NCBI GenBank assembly: GCA_002633005.1
Contig: NMRA01000236.1
Coordinates: 432,861-496,860 of the forward strand
From: Phoronis australis
Taxonomy: Eukaryota > Animalia > Phoronida
Reading direction: 5' to 3'
DNA length: 64,000 nt
The position numbers and the translations under genes were made by a program. Positions 28,201 to 40,800 of this stretch are shown here, piece after piece; the first letter of the stretch is position 1; every line of letters begins with the position of its first letter. The notes beneath the pieces are model-generated. The model was not told where the DNA came from. It saw only the letters and a program-made list of their open reading frames with translations, and did not search any database.

Positions 28201-31200
28201 GACACTGTATGTTGATGTTTTTCACCAATATACTTGGGAACCCAATGGCCGTCCGCCTAAGCATAAAACCGGTTTGTTGTCATACTCACCCAATTATTCC
28301 ACTGAAAAGTTATGCTCTGAATAGGATTTGATTTAACTCTCACAAATATATAGTATTCGTTGATTCAAACATTTTCTTTTACTCATGCCGAGTTGTTTCA
28401 ACTGTGCATTGCTTTTCGGCAGCCATTTTATAATTACTCCTATGGTCGTCATATGCTGCCTTCTTTTGAAAGAACAGAAAACCACGCAGAAAAAAGCCAA
28501 GTGGAAAGTGGTTTACAACAATTGTAGTTCAACCACAAACTGTTTTACTGGTATGATATCGATTTTTAAATCGATTAAAATTGGTTAAGAATTTCAGTTC
28601 TGGAAAATGAATCGCTATTGTTTTATATTCCAGACAGACCTTACTTATTTTCTATTTGTGACCTCTTTATTTGACTTTTTGCTCTAGTTGTACTTAACAC
28701 CACTTATCTATGCTGTCTTTCTGTTTCTTTTCAGTTTTTCTTCATTCTCTGTTAACATCTTGTCAGCCAAAACAGAACTGTAACCCTTTGAGACGAAGGT
28801 CGGCGGAAGTTGATCATTGAACCTCGATACAGTTGTTCTAATAAGTTACACAATATCGTATTGTTTGATTTTTTTCTCACCTTTAACAGGCAATCATAAA
28901 TAAATAAATAAATAAATACCCAAGTTGCATTTGCATTTTATTGCTCAATATCTTCTTTATTTTTGATTATGTTGTGTTGTGTTGTATGTAACAATGCAAT
29001 ATAGTGAAATAAAGTTAATGTTTTACAATATTTTGATGACCAAGGGGTGGGCCGAAACTGTTAAGCACACAGCGTGTTGCATTTCTCTACTGAGTTTTTC
29101 CTTTGGCCTAACAGGTGTCGGTTAGTGACTGGAACAAATAGATACATTGTATAAACAATGCCAGTGTTCATTTTTTGTTCTGTCTGAAGAAAATTTAATT
29201 TCGAAAATATCTTCTGAAAATGAACAAAAAAGTGCATTAGTAAATCTACAAATTTTTAAGTGGTTTCTAAAAAATGCACCGATTTTCGTCTCAGTTCTTC
29301 CATGCATGTTTCTCCTGAGAGGTTAGTACCTAATGTGCAGACGACCATTCTAGATTGTAACGCTCAATCCCGCGTGGCTGCACGCAAAGAAGATAGCGGA
29401 CGACCATTGGAGCCTGATGACGATAGGTATCCGGTCTATATATGTATTTTAGATAAAAAATAGTCATTTGGAACCATAGTAGGCCTTAAACAATTACAAG
29501 TAGTTTTAAAGCTACTCCTAATGTATTACGAGAAACAATGTCTTTGCTTTTATTTTGAATAAAGATGGTGAATTATTTTGAATTTTTTTATTTCAATTGA
29601 GATCACTAGGTAGGGAGGACGTTTTTTAATTTTTTTTACAATACCCATGTGTCATAGATTTTTGAAAAGCCCTTGGTGTGAGAAATGAAATGGTGCAAAA
29701 ATCAGAAAAATTGGATGATCGGTTGACGAGAAAATGGCCGTTGAAACGTGACGATAATGCGTAAAATATCTGCCTTTTTACCTAATTTCGTAAAAAATAA
29801 AGGAATATACATGTGCTGCATATAAAAAGATTCGTCTCATTGAGACAAACATGGTGGTGTGTATTACATAAATTTTGGATCGATTTCTACAGAGATATTG
29901 CTGTTTAAGTGTGTTATTATAGCATACAGAACAGGCTCATCATGTTCGATGAAAACAATGGATTACACAGCTTAAAAGGTAAAGAGCAAAAACACCACAT
30001 CAGCTCAGAAATAAATACATCTGAGGTAGGAGGAAATTTCACATCAAATCACAAGATCATATTGGTGGATTTGGGGGGGGCAAGGGGGCCTGGCCCGTGG
30101 CTCCCCTAAAACTCCCATATTTCATTTGGCAGTTTGAGAGTGCAAATATCTTACGGGTAAAATCCTGCATAATACTCTGCCCTCCCCCCCCTCCTATCTA
30201 AAAATCCTAGATCTGCCCCTGAATACTGCTACACGGGCAACACATCATTGCCTGACAGTGACAGGGGGCTGGGGAGGCTATAGCTCCCCCACTTTTTTCA
30301 GTGCTGGGTGCCACCCATGTACTATTAGATCGTATCATGGCAAAAAACATCAAAAAGTAGACAAAAGACCATTTGGGAAAACAAATCACTCTTAATATGA
30401 AGGATTTCATCATTTACGCAACAAAAACTTAGTAACAACTTTATTTCGAACGGTGAAGTTGCGATGCCATTGAACTTCAACCTTCAACGTAGCCGCTGGT
30501 GGCGCTGACATGCGGCGACTTAGTGAACTAACGACTGCTGATTGAAAAGTGCCAATGCGCAGCAGTTTGACAGAATTTCTGAAAATGAAATAATTACCAA
30601 TTAAAAGAGTGATAAATTCCTCATCTAAAAATCAGGGGGGGGGGCATGTTGCGCAACTGGAAAAACATCAATCTCCCGACCAACCAAAATTAGGCCTTCC
30701 GGACGATCGAAAACTCACCATGAAAACTTGGCCTTGACTTCGAGAAAACACCTTGAGGAGATGCGCATGCATCTAAACTACATCCTGTCCAAATTTCATG
30801 TTTGTATTTGAGAGTATAGTGCTCTTTTGGATAGGAGGAACAAGAGCCTAAGAGGTACTTTTTCGAAAGTTGATCGCATGGCGGAAAATCGTGCGCTAAA
30901 AAAAGCTTACAAAAAATGATTTATCAGCGATAACTTGAGACAAAAAGATTACAAACTTACAAATAAAGTCTAAGGTAACGATTTATAACACAAAATTGTC
31001 TTATAGTTAACTTTAAAATCTGGAATCGGGTAATTTACCGACGTGGGTTTTACACGGAGGCAGATATGGAGCACCGTGACCTACTTTTTGATTGTCCTCC
31101 CTATTTTCCGCCACTGGGAAGGAGACGAGATGTGGCTACCAATTTATCATCGCCTCTAAGAACAAGGCAGCAACTTACGGACTGCACTTTTACAAAAAAC

Positions 31201-31246
31201 TCACTTGTGAAAGAAACATCACCACCGAGTCCAGAACCACCGACAT
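16269..31246 (-). CDS. GPR89: Golgi pH regulator (GPR89/GPHR), complete 14-exon gene, 459 aa
   Basis: Exons on -: 31246-31205 ([14 protein letters not shown]), 26803-26744 ([20 protein letters not shown]), 25896-25793 ([14 protein letters not shown]), 25261-25155, 23976-23866 (FWKIGDPFP), 23160-23040 ([23 protein letters not shown]), 22427-22347, 22072-21960, 21312-21224, 20675-20583, 19573-19478, 18763-18608, 17696-17638, 16416-16269 ([14 protein letters not shown]). All introns GT-AG, phases compatible, CDS total 1380 nt. Confidence 0.97.
18290..18607. repeat. ~43-bp minisatellite x7 abutting the GPR89 exon 12 donor
   Basis: Unit approx. GGGCCCAGAGACTGCTGGCCTGTTCACCTACATACATACACCC. Confidence 0.93.
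24017..24202. repeat. 36-bp minisatellite x5 in GPR89 intron 4
   Basis: Unit ATTACACAATCATTTGCTCCGACCATTATACCGAGA. Explains the repetitive ORFs 23843-24229 and 23989-24189. Confidence 0.93.
27751..27883. repeat. 26-bp minisatellite x5 in GPR89 intron 1
   Basis: Exact copies of CAGTCAACCACCCGGGGACTCACATA. Confidence 0.95.
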
Positions 31247-31843
31247 TTTGGAAGACCAACGTTGTGGAAACGCCTTCCTCAAAATAGCTGCCGAAAACTG
31301 TTACGTGTTGGTCGCCATTTTCGTTACAAATAGGCTACTTGAAAGTCGAATTCTTATTGGCTATTCTATTGTTGCGCCAAACAATTTTTAATTAAAATGG
31401 AGGAACTGTATTTCATAGTTTTTAGAGCAGTAGCTAGTGTGGATAAGATTTGAAAAAGCGATGTAAAGTCAATTTGCAGATCTTTCATTTTTTAGATTAC
31501 TCGGAATATTCCGAGTATTTCCGTATTCTCAAATTTGATACTACGTAAGCAGCCGTGGTGTTCCGAATGGTTTCAGAAAAGCAAACGGGGATTCCTGGTT
31601 GTTACATCATCTTCTACCCTCCCTTTTAAAAATGGTATTTCCCATGAAAATCATTAACATACGAAATCTAAATGTAAATGTTTGTCGTTCTTGTTTTGTG
31701 TTTAAATAAAGAGTATGACATATTTTGCAAATTGATTAATAAAACTCTCTCTTTTGCAATGAGATTTAAAAAAAATTCACCTATTCTAGTGGCAATGTTC
31801 ACTGATTAGATTTGTACAAATAAGCCGCCATTTTCAAGAAAAC
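31247..31843. promoter_or_regulatory. Probable bidirectional promoter for GPR89 and USP25/28
   Basis: Divergent start codons 597 bp apart. YY1-like CGCCATTTT motifs at 31311-31321 and 31824-31834. ATTGG (CCAAT box) at ~31356. Confidence 0.7.
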
Positions 31844-34800
31844 ATGACGGTCGAGCAAGAGGAGTCCAGGGGTATTGTAAAAACTAAAACAGTTGTAAGT
31901 TTCGGAAACGTCCCTTTACGATTGTTACTACATTCTAGAATTACGATGAGCTACTCTTAATATATCCTTAATTGTTCTAAATACTGAGAGCACTGGTCTG
32001 ACATAGCGATCCCTGATAGAGATATAGAAATTCAACGTCAATCAAAAGGAAGGCAATGATCACCGTCTCTATTAACTGGTAATATAAGAACTTCATACGC
32101 CGGAAGCTTTTCCGTGAATTATGCCTCACACTGACTAACACATCAAAGTCACGTTTTGCGCATAGAGGGACACCTTAATTAGGTGGCTGTCGATTTCTTT
32201 AATTCCTTCCAACTCGACGACAACGAAATACTCCCGTTACCAGACTTTTTCTTCGAGCAGCCCCCCGTGTAGGCAATGACCATCGCCTCTGTTGGCCCGA
32301 AGCAGAGGCGATGTAGAGGCTATAGGCGCTCTGTACGCCGGAAGCTTTTCGGCGAATTATGCCTCGCACCGAGTAAACCATCAAAGTCACGTTGTTATAA
32401 ATACCTTTTGCGCATAGAGGAACACCTTAGGAGGTTGTCGATGTGTTTAAGTCCTTTCAACTCGAACAAATACTCCCATTATGAAACTTTTTCTTCGATC
32501 AGTCCCTATTTCAGTTCCCAAAATCGTGAAATCAAAATTTTTGTACTGCGCACGCTCCAACTTTTACCGCGCTCGCTAGGTGATGTGACTTCATAACCTC
32601 AATAATTTTTAAATAGGCCAAAGGTGAGCCATTGCGGTCTTGTCAGTCAAATGTTCGTTTCCAAAATGCCACCACTTATACTTGTCTTTAATTGGCGTTA
32701 CTTGAAACTGTTTGTATTTCAATGAATTATTGTTTGTATTTGATAAAAATAAATGCTGTTGATATGACATTTAAAAGTCTTTGTGCACATATTTGACATT
32801 TTAATGTTTAACAACACGGCAAATGCACGGCTGGTTCCCGGCAGCACGTACGCAAAGGGCGGGAACTTCAGCTTTCAAAGTTCGCCGGTAGGATCGCAAC
32901 TTCTGACCTTCGGCCTGGTTAAAAAAAATGAAAATTTTGATTTCACGATTTTGGGAACTGAAATAGGGACTGCTCGAAGAAAAAGTTTCATAACGGGAGT
33001 ATTTGTTCAAGTTGGAAGAACTTAAACACATCGACAACCTCCTAAGGTGTTCCTCTATGCGCAAAAGGTATTTATAACAACGTGACTTTGATGGTTTAGT
33101 CGGTGCGAGGCATAATTCGCCAAAAAGCTTCCGGCGTACAGAGCGCCTATAGCCTCTACATCGCCTCTGCTTCGGGCTAACAGAGGCGATGGTCATTGCC
33201 TACCCCCCGTGCAGTTCCCAAAATCGGTAACACGCCATTTTACACTGCGCACGTCAGGGTATATGACGTCATTCCACTTGCCGTCTATATAGTTACCTGT
33301 TATGATTGTTGTTGGTTACATGTGTTAACTTTGATTTATGGGCTTGGAAAGATCTGTGCCCGGTCTCTAATCTTTGTACTCGAAACGAACTCGAAACTAT
33401 TTTTGGCAATTTCTCTGCTCCTTCTGTGCGGACTTAAGATAATTGCTTGTCAGACTGTGCTCGAATACATTATAGTTTATGCATAGGAGTTTCTAGTTCA
33501 AGATTCCCCTTGAAGACTCTTATTAGTGAGAACAGCATTTTTCAAAAATTTTAGAAAATGTGCATGTAATATACATCACGAGACTAAAAGAACGGTGCAA
33601 AAAATTTTTAAATCGGACTTACGGTTCCGGAGAAAATGGTGTTTTTGTGTCAAATATTTTGGTAAAAATTCTGTCAAATCAAATTTGTGAGTTTGAAAAA
33701 AATGGTTACAAATCTCCGTAACCTAGACAGACATGTTATACATCATTTCAAAGAAAATTTTATGATGAATAATTTGCAAAAAAGAACATTCCTATTGGAC
33801 ATTCCTGTGCGAAGATATTGACCTTAAAGTCAACAAAGTCGACGAAGATAAGTCAGTACGTACAATTTTGTCGTTTCAAATTGGCATAAAATAACAATTA
33901 CTCAAGAAAAAAAAATAAGCTAGTATCATTTCAAGATTTTTCATCAGGGAAGTTGAAATCTCATAATTGGTTTGGGCAAATTATTAATATTATTTTGTGA
34001 CTTTTTTTGTTGACATGCAGTTTGCGACTTACTTAAATGTCAAAATGCATTACTTTAAAAAATTAAAGATAAACAACATCATTTCAAATATGTATTGATG
34101 AAAAGTATGATAAACAAAAATTTTAATACAAGCTTCACACAGTAAATAGAAATTAAACATGCTTTCCACAACAATGGAACAAAATGTAGACCTTGTCTTG
34201 AGCCATGCAGGAAAGTTCATGCTATGCCGGAAATGACAACTGCAATATTTATTTTCAAAGTTGTCTTGATATGAACACATAAAGGTATGTATGATGGGCA
34301 GATAAATAAAGTTCTCAAGGCATCCTCAAGGAAGGAAGGTCAAACCTTTTCACTGATTATTGACAGTGAGTACCTGCAAGTTAACAGACAGTCAGTGGAG
34401 TTCCTTACACAGACTTGTGGCCTCTTCAAGGGTCCAAACCCTTTCACTGACTATCGAAAGTCAGTGGAGTGCCTTACAGACTTATGGCATCCTCAAGGAA
34501 GGGGGGCCAAACACTTTCACTAAGTCAGTGGAGTACTTCACAGAGTTGTGGCATCCTCCAGGAAGGGGGCTGTTAAGACAGTGGAATACCAATACACAAT
34601 ATGGAGCACTCCAGCACTTCGAGGTCCTCTTGACCAAAATCGTCCATCACCTGAAAGGTGCGCACAGCCTCATCTTCATCGTAGTGGGTATTGAGCCAAA
34701 CTCACTTGCTGACTGCAAGTAGAATCGGTAGAAGCAGGAAAGAAGAAGGATCTGGACCAAGAGCTAGTCTGATGAGACAGAAATGCGAGCTGAGACATGA

Positions 34801-37800
34801 TGATATGTATTATAGTAAACTGACAAATAGGAATGAAATTATAAGTTAGAAAAAATGATGAAGAAAATAACAACTGGTTTGGTCCACAGCATTTTCCAAC
34901 AAAGGTTACCTGAAAGATGTAGGCCAGGCTGAGATATATAACAATCTAGACGAACCTCTGAATTGTTTTGTAAAAACTATATTCATGGTAAAAAAAATAT
35001 TGATAGCATGAGTTTTTCATGGTAGTAAACATAAAGTTTTGGTTGAAAACACAGCACTGGAGTAGAAATACATAGTTGTAATATTTGTTTACTCTAAAAT
35101 TAAAATGTTTTCATTTTCTATCTTGACATATGCTGGCTAAACTGTCTTTGCCAGTATGGGTGGTCCTGTCTGGCCACAAGTCAGGTCCCGTTTGCAACAA
35201 GTGTTTGAAATAGTTCATTGATGAACCCTTTAGTGCGCAATACGATTCATTATGTGCGCAAATTAGGAAATGTACCAATTAATTCAGGTCAAAGTTGAAG
35301 GTCGCGGGAACTGGCAACTTTTTCAACTTTTAAGACCACGAAAAAAGTGAAAAATACTTGCGTAATAACGTGCGCAAGGGTTTCTTCTACAAGTTCACGA
35401 AGTTTCTCGCCAAAATTCGAGAGTTTAGTCTTCTGAGTTGAAAATCAAATACCAGTTGTTTTTACCGGCGACCATTTTGCTTTGAAATGTCGGTCACGTC
35501 GCTGCAAACAACTCGTGCAAAGTATTATTAAATGGATTTTTCAACGAAAAAAGACTAACATTTAAGTAAAATAACGTATTATTTCATACTTTGAAGTAAT
35601 TTTTATTCACATTTATTGCATTTTTGAGTGATTTTTTGCCGATTGTAATGTGCAAATTTTACACGGTGACAGATACGCGAAGCGATTTGGTGACGTATGT
35701 TGTCCTCGCTACTCTTATTTTCGTGCTACAAACTCGAGTAAAAACTCGAAATTTCGAGTTCAAACTCGAACTTATTTCTGTAATACTGGGTTTACAAACT
35801 GTGAACTAAGGGCAATAAATTATCTACGTAAGTTATTGTGTACTCGAGCATAAAATAATAGACACTTATCTTGAGTTCGCCCAAAAGTAGAGTAGAAAAT
35901 GCCAAACCTAATTTCAAGTTCCATTTCGAGTAAAAAGATTGGAGACTGGGCCCAGTTTTATTATTGCTGGAGACCAAGCTCAACAAGCATGTATCCAGCA
36001 CAGTCTTGGCCTATAGCAAACTGACACAACTCTAAGCTCAACAAGCATGTATCCAGCACAGTCTTGGCCTATTATACAAACTGACACAACTTCCAAACCC
36101 CAAAACCAACTGTCACGTAAATAGAGCGATTTAAGTCAATTTGATGGCGGTAAATGCTCTAAATCAAAACTTCATTAATTTTGATAGGATATGGATTCGT
36201 AGGAGCTTTAAATTTACTAGTAAATAAAATCGTCCTTTATCAGAGACTGCCAAGTGCCATCAGTGAGCGTGAACAGAGCTACATATGCCAGATACAGGAA
36301 GTGACAGGAATTCAGAGCACGACCGTTATCAGAGAAGCTGTGAAGCAATGTACGACTGGGGATGGCAAGTTTGACGTGGCTGAAGTGATTAGTCTGTTGC
36401 TGCCAGAACACAACAAAGATTCCCAGGTAATATTATTTGAGTAATTTAAAGGTGAGAGCTAAGAGCTTTTGTATGACTCGTGAATATGAAACTGGGTTTT
36501 TTACATATATGTGAACTGTGGTGTGAAGATCATGTGAACGTATTCTGTATTTTTGGCTGCTATTGATGCTGAAGTGTTTGAGAATGGGGCTATTCGGAGA
36601 ATTCTCCTCGCGGTGTCGCTGCTGTACTAGTGGTGATTGAATTGCGCATGCGTGGCTGTCTGCATGTAAACAACTGGTAAAAGATGCAATTTTTATCAAA
36701 ATACGTCGTCGCGCTAAGCCTTATTACTGCTAATTTCCCTGGTGCAAGTCTTCGACAGGTGGCCACAAATTCCCAAAAGACCTAAGGTTACTATATTCGT
36801 GGACAATTGCGGTCAACAGGGTCAACTAACTGACAAAAAGTGTGTGGATGCTGAAGCCCCGTGTGTGCTCTATGTCTATGACTATGCAGTTCCATTCGGA
36901 GACTACACAACATTACTTGGTAAGTTTTTAGCAATCAGTTTCTATCAACATCGTTCGGTGATGTTATCCCCACCAGTTACCCCACTGAATAACAGTTTTA
37001 TTGAGTGGAACTAAGTGTTTCTTTTTGGAAACTCACCCGATGCCGGGTAGGCTAGCAGCACATATTCATATTGTCCTGGGTGGGAGTGCTCCCAAAATAA
37101 GAGGTGTATGGTACGTGATGCACAGAAGTCAAGAGTGACTTTTTCACAGCAGTTTCTCTTCAAAACTATGCTGTTTCCAATAAAATTCTCTAGATGAGTG
37201 AGTTTCCTTATTTTATCGTGGACCCCACCCCCAGGACCACCAGCTCAGTTATCGAATTAACATGAATAAGCATTAATTCAGTAAATGTCGTAACATTGCA
37301 TTGGAAAAAAATTGACACCTAGAATGAATTTTACTTGTTGAGATCAGAAGCACATTTTAAGTGTCATGAAAAATACACATTGTTAAATCACTTTTAGCCT
37401 GTTTCACATATTTTTATGCAGTTATTAAATAAGACTTGGGTACAAAGGTTATTAGTTTCTACACATAAACATGAAGATGAAATGTCAAGTATGTTCTGCC
37501 TTACAAAAGTAGTTTTGTCTTGCCTTTTCTTTTACAATTTGCTAATATTTCTATTCTGTTACAGGCAAGAAAAAAACAACTGAAACCAACCGCCTGACCA
37601 TCTATTTCACCGTTGGACAAAGTGAAAAGCAATCCTTCAGCAATAACCTGAGAGAATTGAATGTAATTCAGTAATTCAGCACCTGATATGCCTGATTATG
37701 GACTCCCTCGCAATGTTTCTTTCTGTGCTTTTTCAGTTTGCCATTTGTTTTTAAATACACTGATAATTGTTTATTCTCGAATCTTGTGCATAGCAGCTAG

Positions 37801-40800
37801 CTACAATTGAAAACATACAATAAGACAATCGATGCAGTCACTGAATGTCATTTCCCCATAATCTGTACCAAATTGAAAAGTTTTTACCAATAGTATAAAG
37901 CCTTTCTTCTGAAAGGAAAATTTAATGTCACTCAGCTTTTGGCTTTCATTTCACTGGGTTCTAGTTTCAATGGCCTATAGAAGCGCTTGTAAAAAAGGTC
38001 CAGTTTCAACACGTGGCTTTCTTTCATGTAACCTCATTCAGCCTCAATAACATCCACAATTAGACCCTTGAAGGTAAACACAGCAGCATATCACTTGAAT
38101 CGTTTTGAGCCCAAAATCAGACTCTGAACTAGACCAGAGTGTGACTAGGTCTTCTTTAGCTTCAGTCCCTCATGTTTCTTCCAGGAAAGGAAATAAGCTA
38201 TTGTCCACACATGACTCATTGCCTATGAAAGGGCATCCTCACCAACAAGGCTTATTTGTGTAGCAGTCAGATATAGTTCGTCTGGATACACAGACACTCC
38301 ACTGGCACATTGTCTTATGGTAACTTAGTACTGCGATTCACATTTCTCCAGGGCCACTGACTTGCACATTGTGCCATGCAGCACTGCTGGTGTGTGGAAG
38401 TGCTGTGGGAAGAGAACGGAGTAACAAAGCTTGTCTATGATACAGCTTGAAGTGGCCTTAAAATGTCACTGAACCTGGAACAAATATTGAAATATGAATA
38501 ATTAAGTACTCCAGATTGGATCAAAAATGTTATCCCTGTTTTTCAAAAATATATGGTGATTGGTCTACAGTTTCACATAAAAGTAAATAATTACTATTTT
38601 CAGAAACCAAGGGTGTATATAATGAGTATTGCATAAAACTGTGTCTTTATTTTTTATCCCTAGCCATAACAATTCTTTAAACGCATCACTTGTCTGTAAA
38701 ATATACAAGTTTTTTGAGACAACTTCAAACCTTTGTTACCCATTTTCAAGCCTTTTTAATTTTGATACTTTCAGCAATTTTAAACTCAGATTACAGGTTC
38801 ATGGGTCTGTCAAGCATACTTCTAGCCTAAGGTTGAGGGAACCGTATTTCTTCTAATAGAAGATATGAAGACTTGGGTCATTTAAAAATGATGGATAATC
38901 TTTCTGTTGTTTAAGAGTAATTACAAATCGTAAGGCACCATCAAAAATGCAATTTTCACAAAAATGGCAGTCATTTGAATTTATAACGACTTGCAACATT
39001 TCAAGGCATGAGTTAAGACTATTCAGTCACTGTGAATTCGGAAAATGTAATATATTTTCGTGGTTTTACAAGTGATACAAGTAGCAAAACAGTTTCATGA
39101 AATCAACTTGAAGGGACTTCGTAAAGGTTAAGAATTACCTCACCATGCTCTTTTCCCCAAACATGTATTACCTGTTATTTCCACACATTCAGTTGTACCA
39201 AATATTACAACCCCCCATGCCAATCCCCCCTCGGGACCTGAATAAGTAATTTTAAAAAATGTCTTTAAAAATAGCTGTTCCTTTTCAAAGGCTTTGTTCG
39301 TTGTCTCCAATATTGAAAGTAGGCTTTGACAACAGATCTGCACTGGATGGGAAGATCTTGTTGGTTAGCTGCAGTCAAATGCTAAAAACCAATTTTTGTC
39401 CATTCAGGGTCGGTGCAGAAGCGATGCATATCTCCTCTGCCCGGTACAAGCCTTCAAACCTAAAAACCAAAGGTTACGTGAAAACTGACGTGATAGATTT
39501 CCATTTCAACGTGTAATAGAATTCCAGAAGACATATGATGGGGAGTAAAAAAATAGTCTAATGCAATGGATATTTATCTCTCACGTACCCTTTGCTATTG
39601 GGATTGGTTTGTAATCTTCATTAACCTGTATCGAGTTGACAGCATAAACATTCAGCATTGATTGATGTAACTGTCACCGATAAACTTTTAGAAACCATTA
39701 CAAACAATAATAATGCTTTGATGTACGAAAAGATCCCGATTGCTACGTCAAGTATCGTATCACATCATCACAACATACAAAGATTAACCAGACTCTGGCT
39801 GGCGACTGACTGCCGCGAAGTCGACATCGGCGAGTGCCTGAGTTAACAGGCATCGGTAGAATAATCATGGAATAATCGTTAAAATAATCACAAACCTTAC
39901 CTTTGTATGAGGTCGTGCTTACTTCCTCTCATAGAAGCACCCTTTTTACGCAATCTTGGATTCAGTTGGCACGGCTGCAAGCCATTTCACCATGTATTTA
40001 AAGGGCTCGCGAAATCGAGGCTGTTAATCTATCACCACTAGTACACGCACGCCCTCTAGTTATTGTAGATTTTCCGAATAGCCCCATTGGGATTGGGGCC
40101 ACCAGGCAGAGGAACGATTATTGGTGGCCAGGATATAATTTGTTGTAGTGGAAGAAAACTGATGGGAACAACCTTTGGAGAAAATATGAATTTGCCATAT
40201 TCTGTGAAATCGATAATTTTAATTTCCTGGTTTGTGATGCAATCCCCCCAACCTTCACCTCGTTAATTACTGTAATCGTAATTCATTTGGTCCCATTTAA
40301 TCATGAAGTTCTTTTGGGTTTTCTTGATAAGTGTACAATTTGGGTTATCAGTGACATAGTCAGCCCTGGAGGTTCATCATTCTGTAAGATTTACTTTGTT
40401 GTCTGCACTTCTTTTGCTATCCAAAACTTCTTTCAAAGTAGGGCCATTTCTGAGCATGCAGCAATTTTTGTTGCAGCCCAGTCTTAACATTAGGCCATGT
40501 GTCACGTTTATCCCCGTGCATATGGTGGGTGCAGGATGTTACTGACTGGTGCTAAAAGCTTTTGGCGTGACGAAAGACCTTGAAGACTGGTTCGAGTTAA
40601 CCACATTATTATTCTCGACCGCATGTTCACAAGCCTACACAAACACGTAATGTCTATGCTCCAGTCAGTGCTGCGAAGCCTTGACTTGTGATGAACTTCT
40701 GAGACAATTTCAGCTACTGTTACACTGTTGATTCTATAACTTACTGCCTCTATTGCTGGCCCTCTGTTGACTATCGATGTAACTGCTGATTCTCTTCACA

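Noticed and set aside
29030-29062. TGATGA...CGAAAC resembling a hammerhead ribozyme core
   Set aside because: Lacks the exact CTGATGA core and I could not build the flanking stems.
32276-33196. Two ORFs with nearly identical translations (MTIASV...) on opposite strands
   Set aside because: They are the two arms of a transposon TIR, with no splice context or protein motif.
35487-35531. ATGTCGGTC... as USP25 first exon
   Set aside because: Lies inside the 2.2-kb element and stops after 14 codons. The MTVEQ exon at 31844 has a canonical donor in the right phase.
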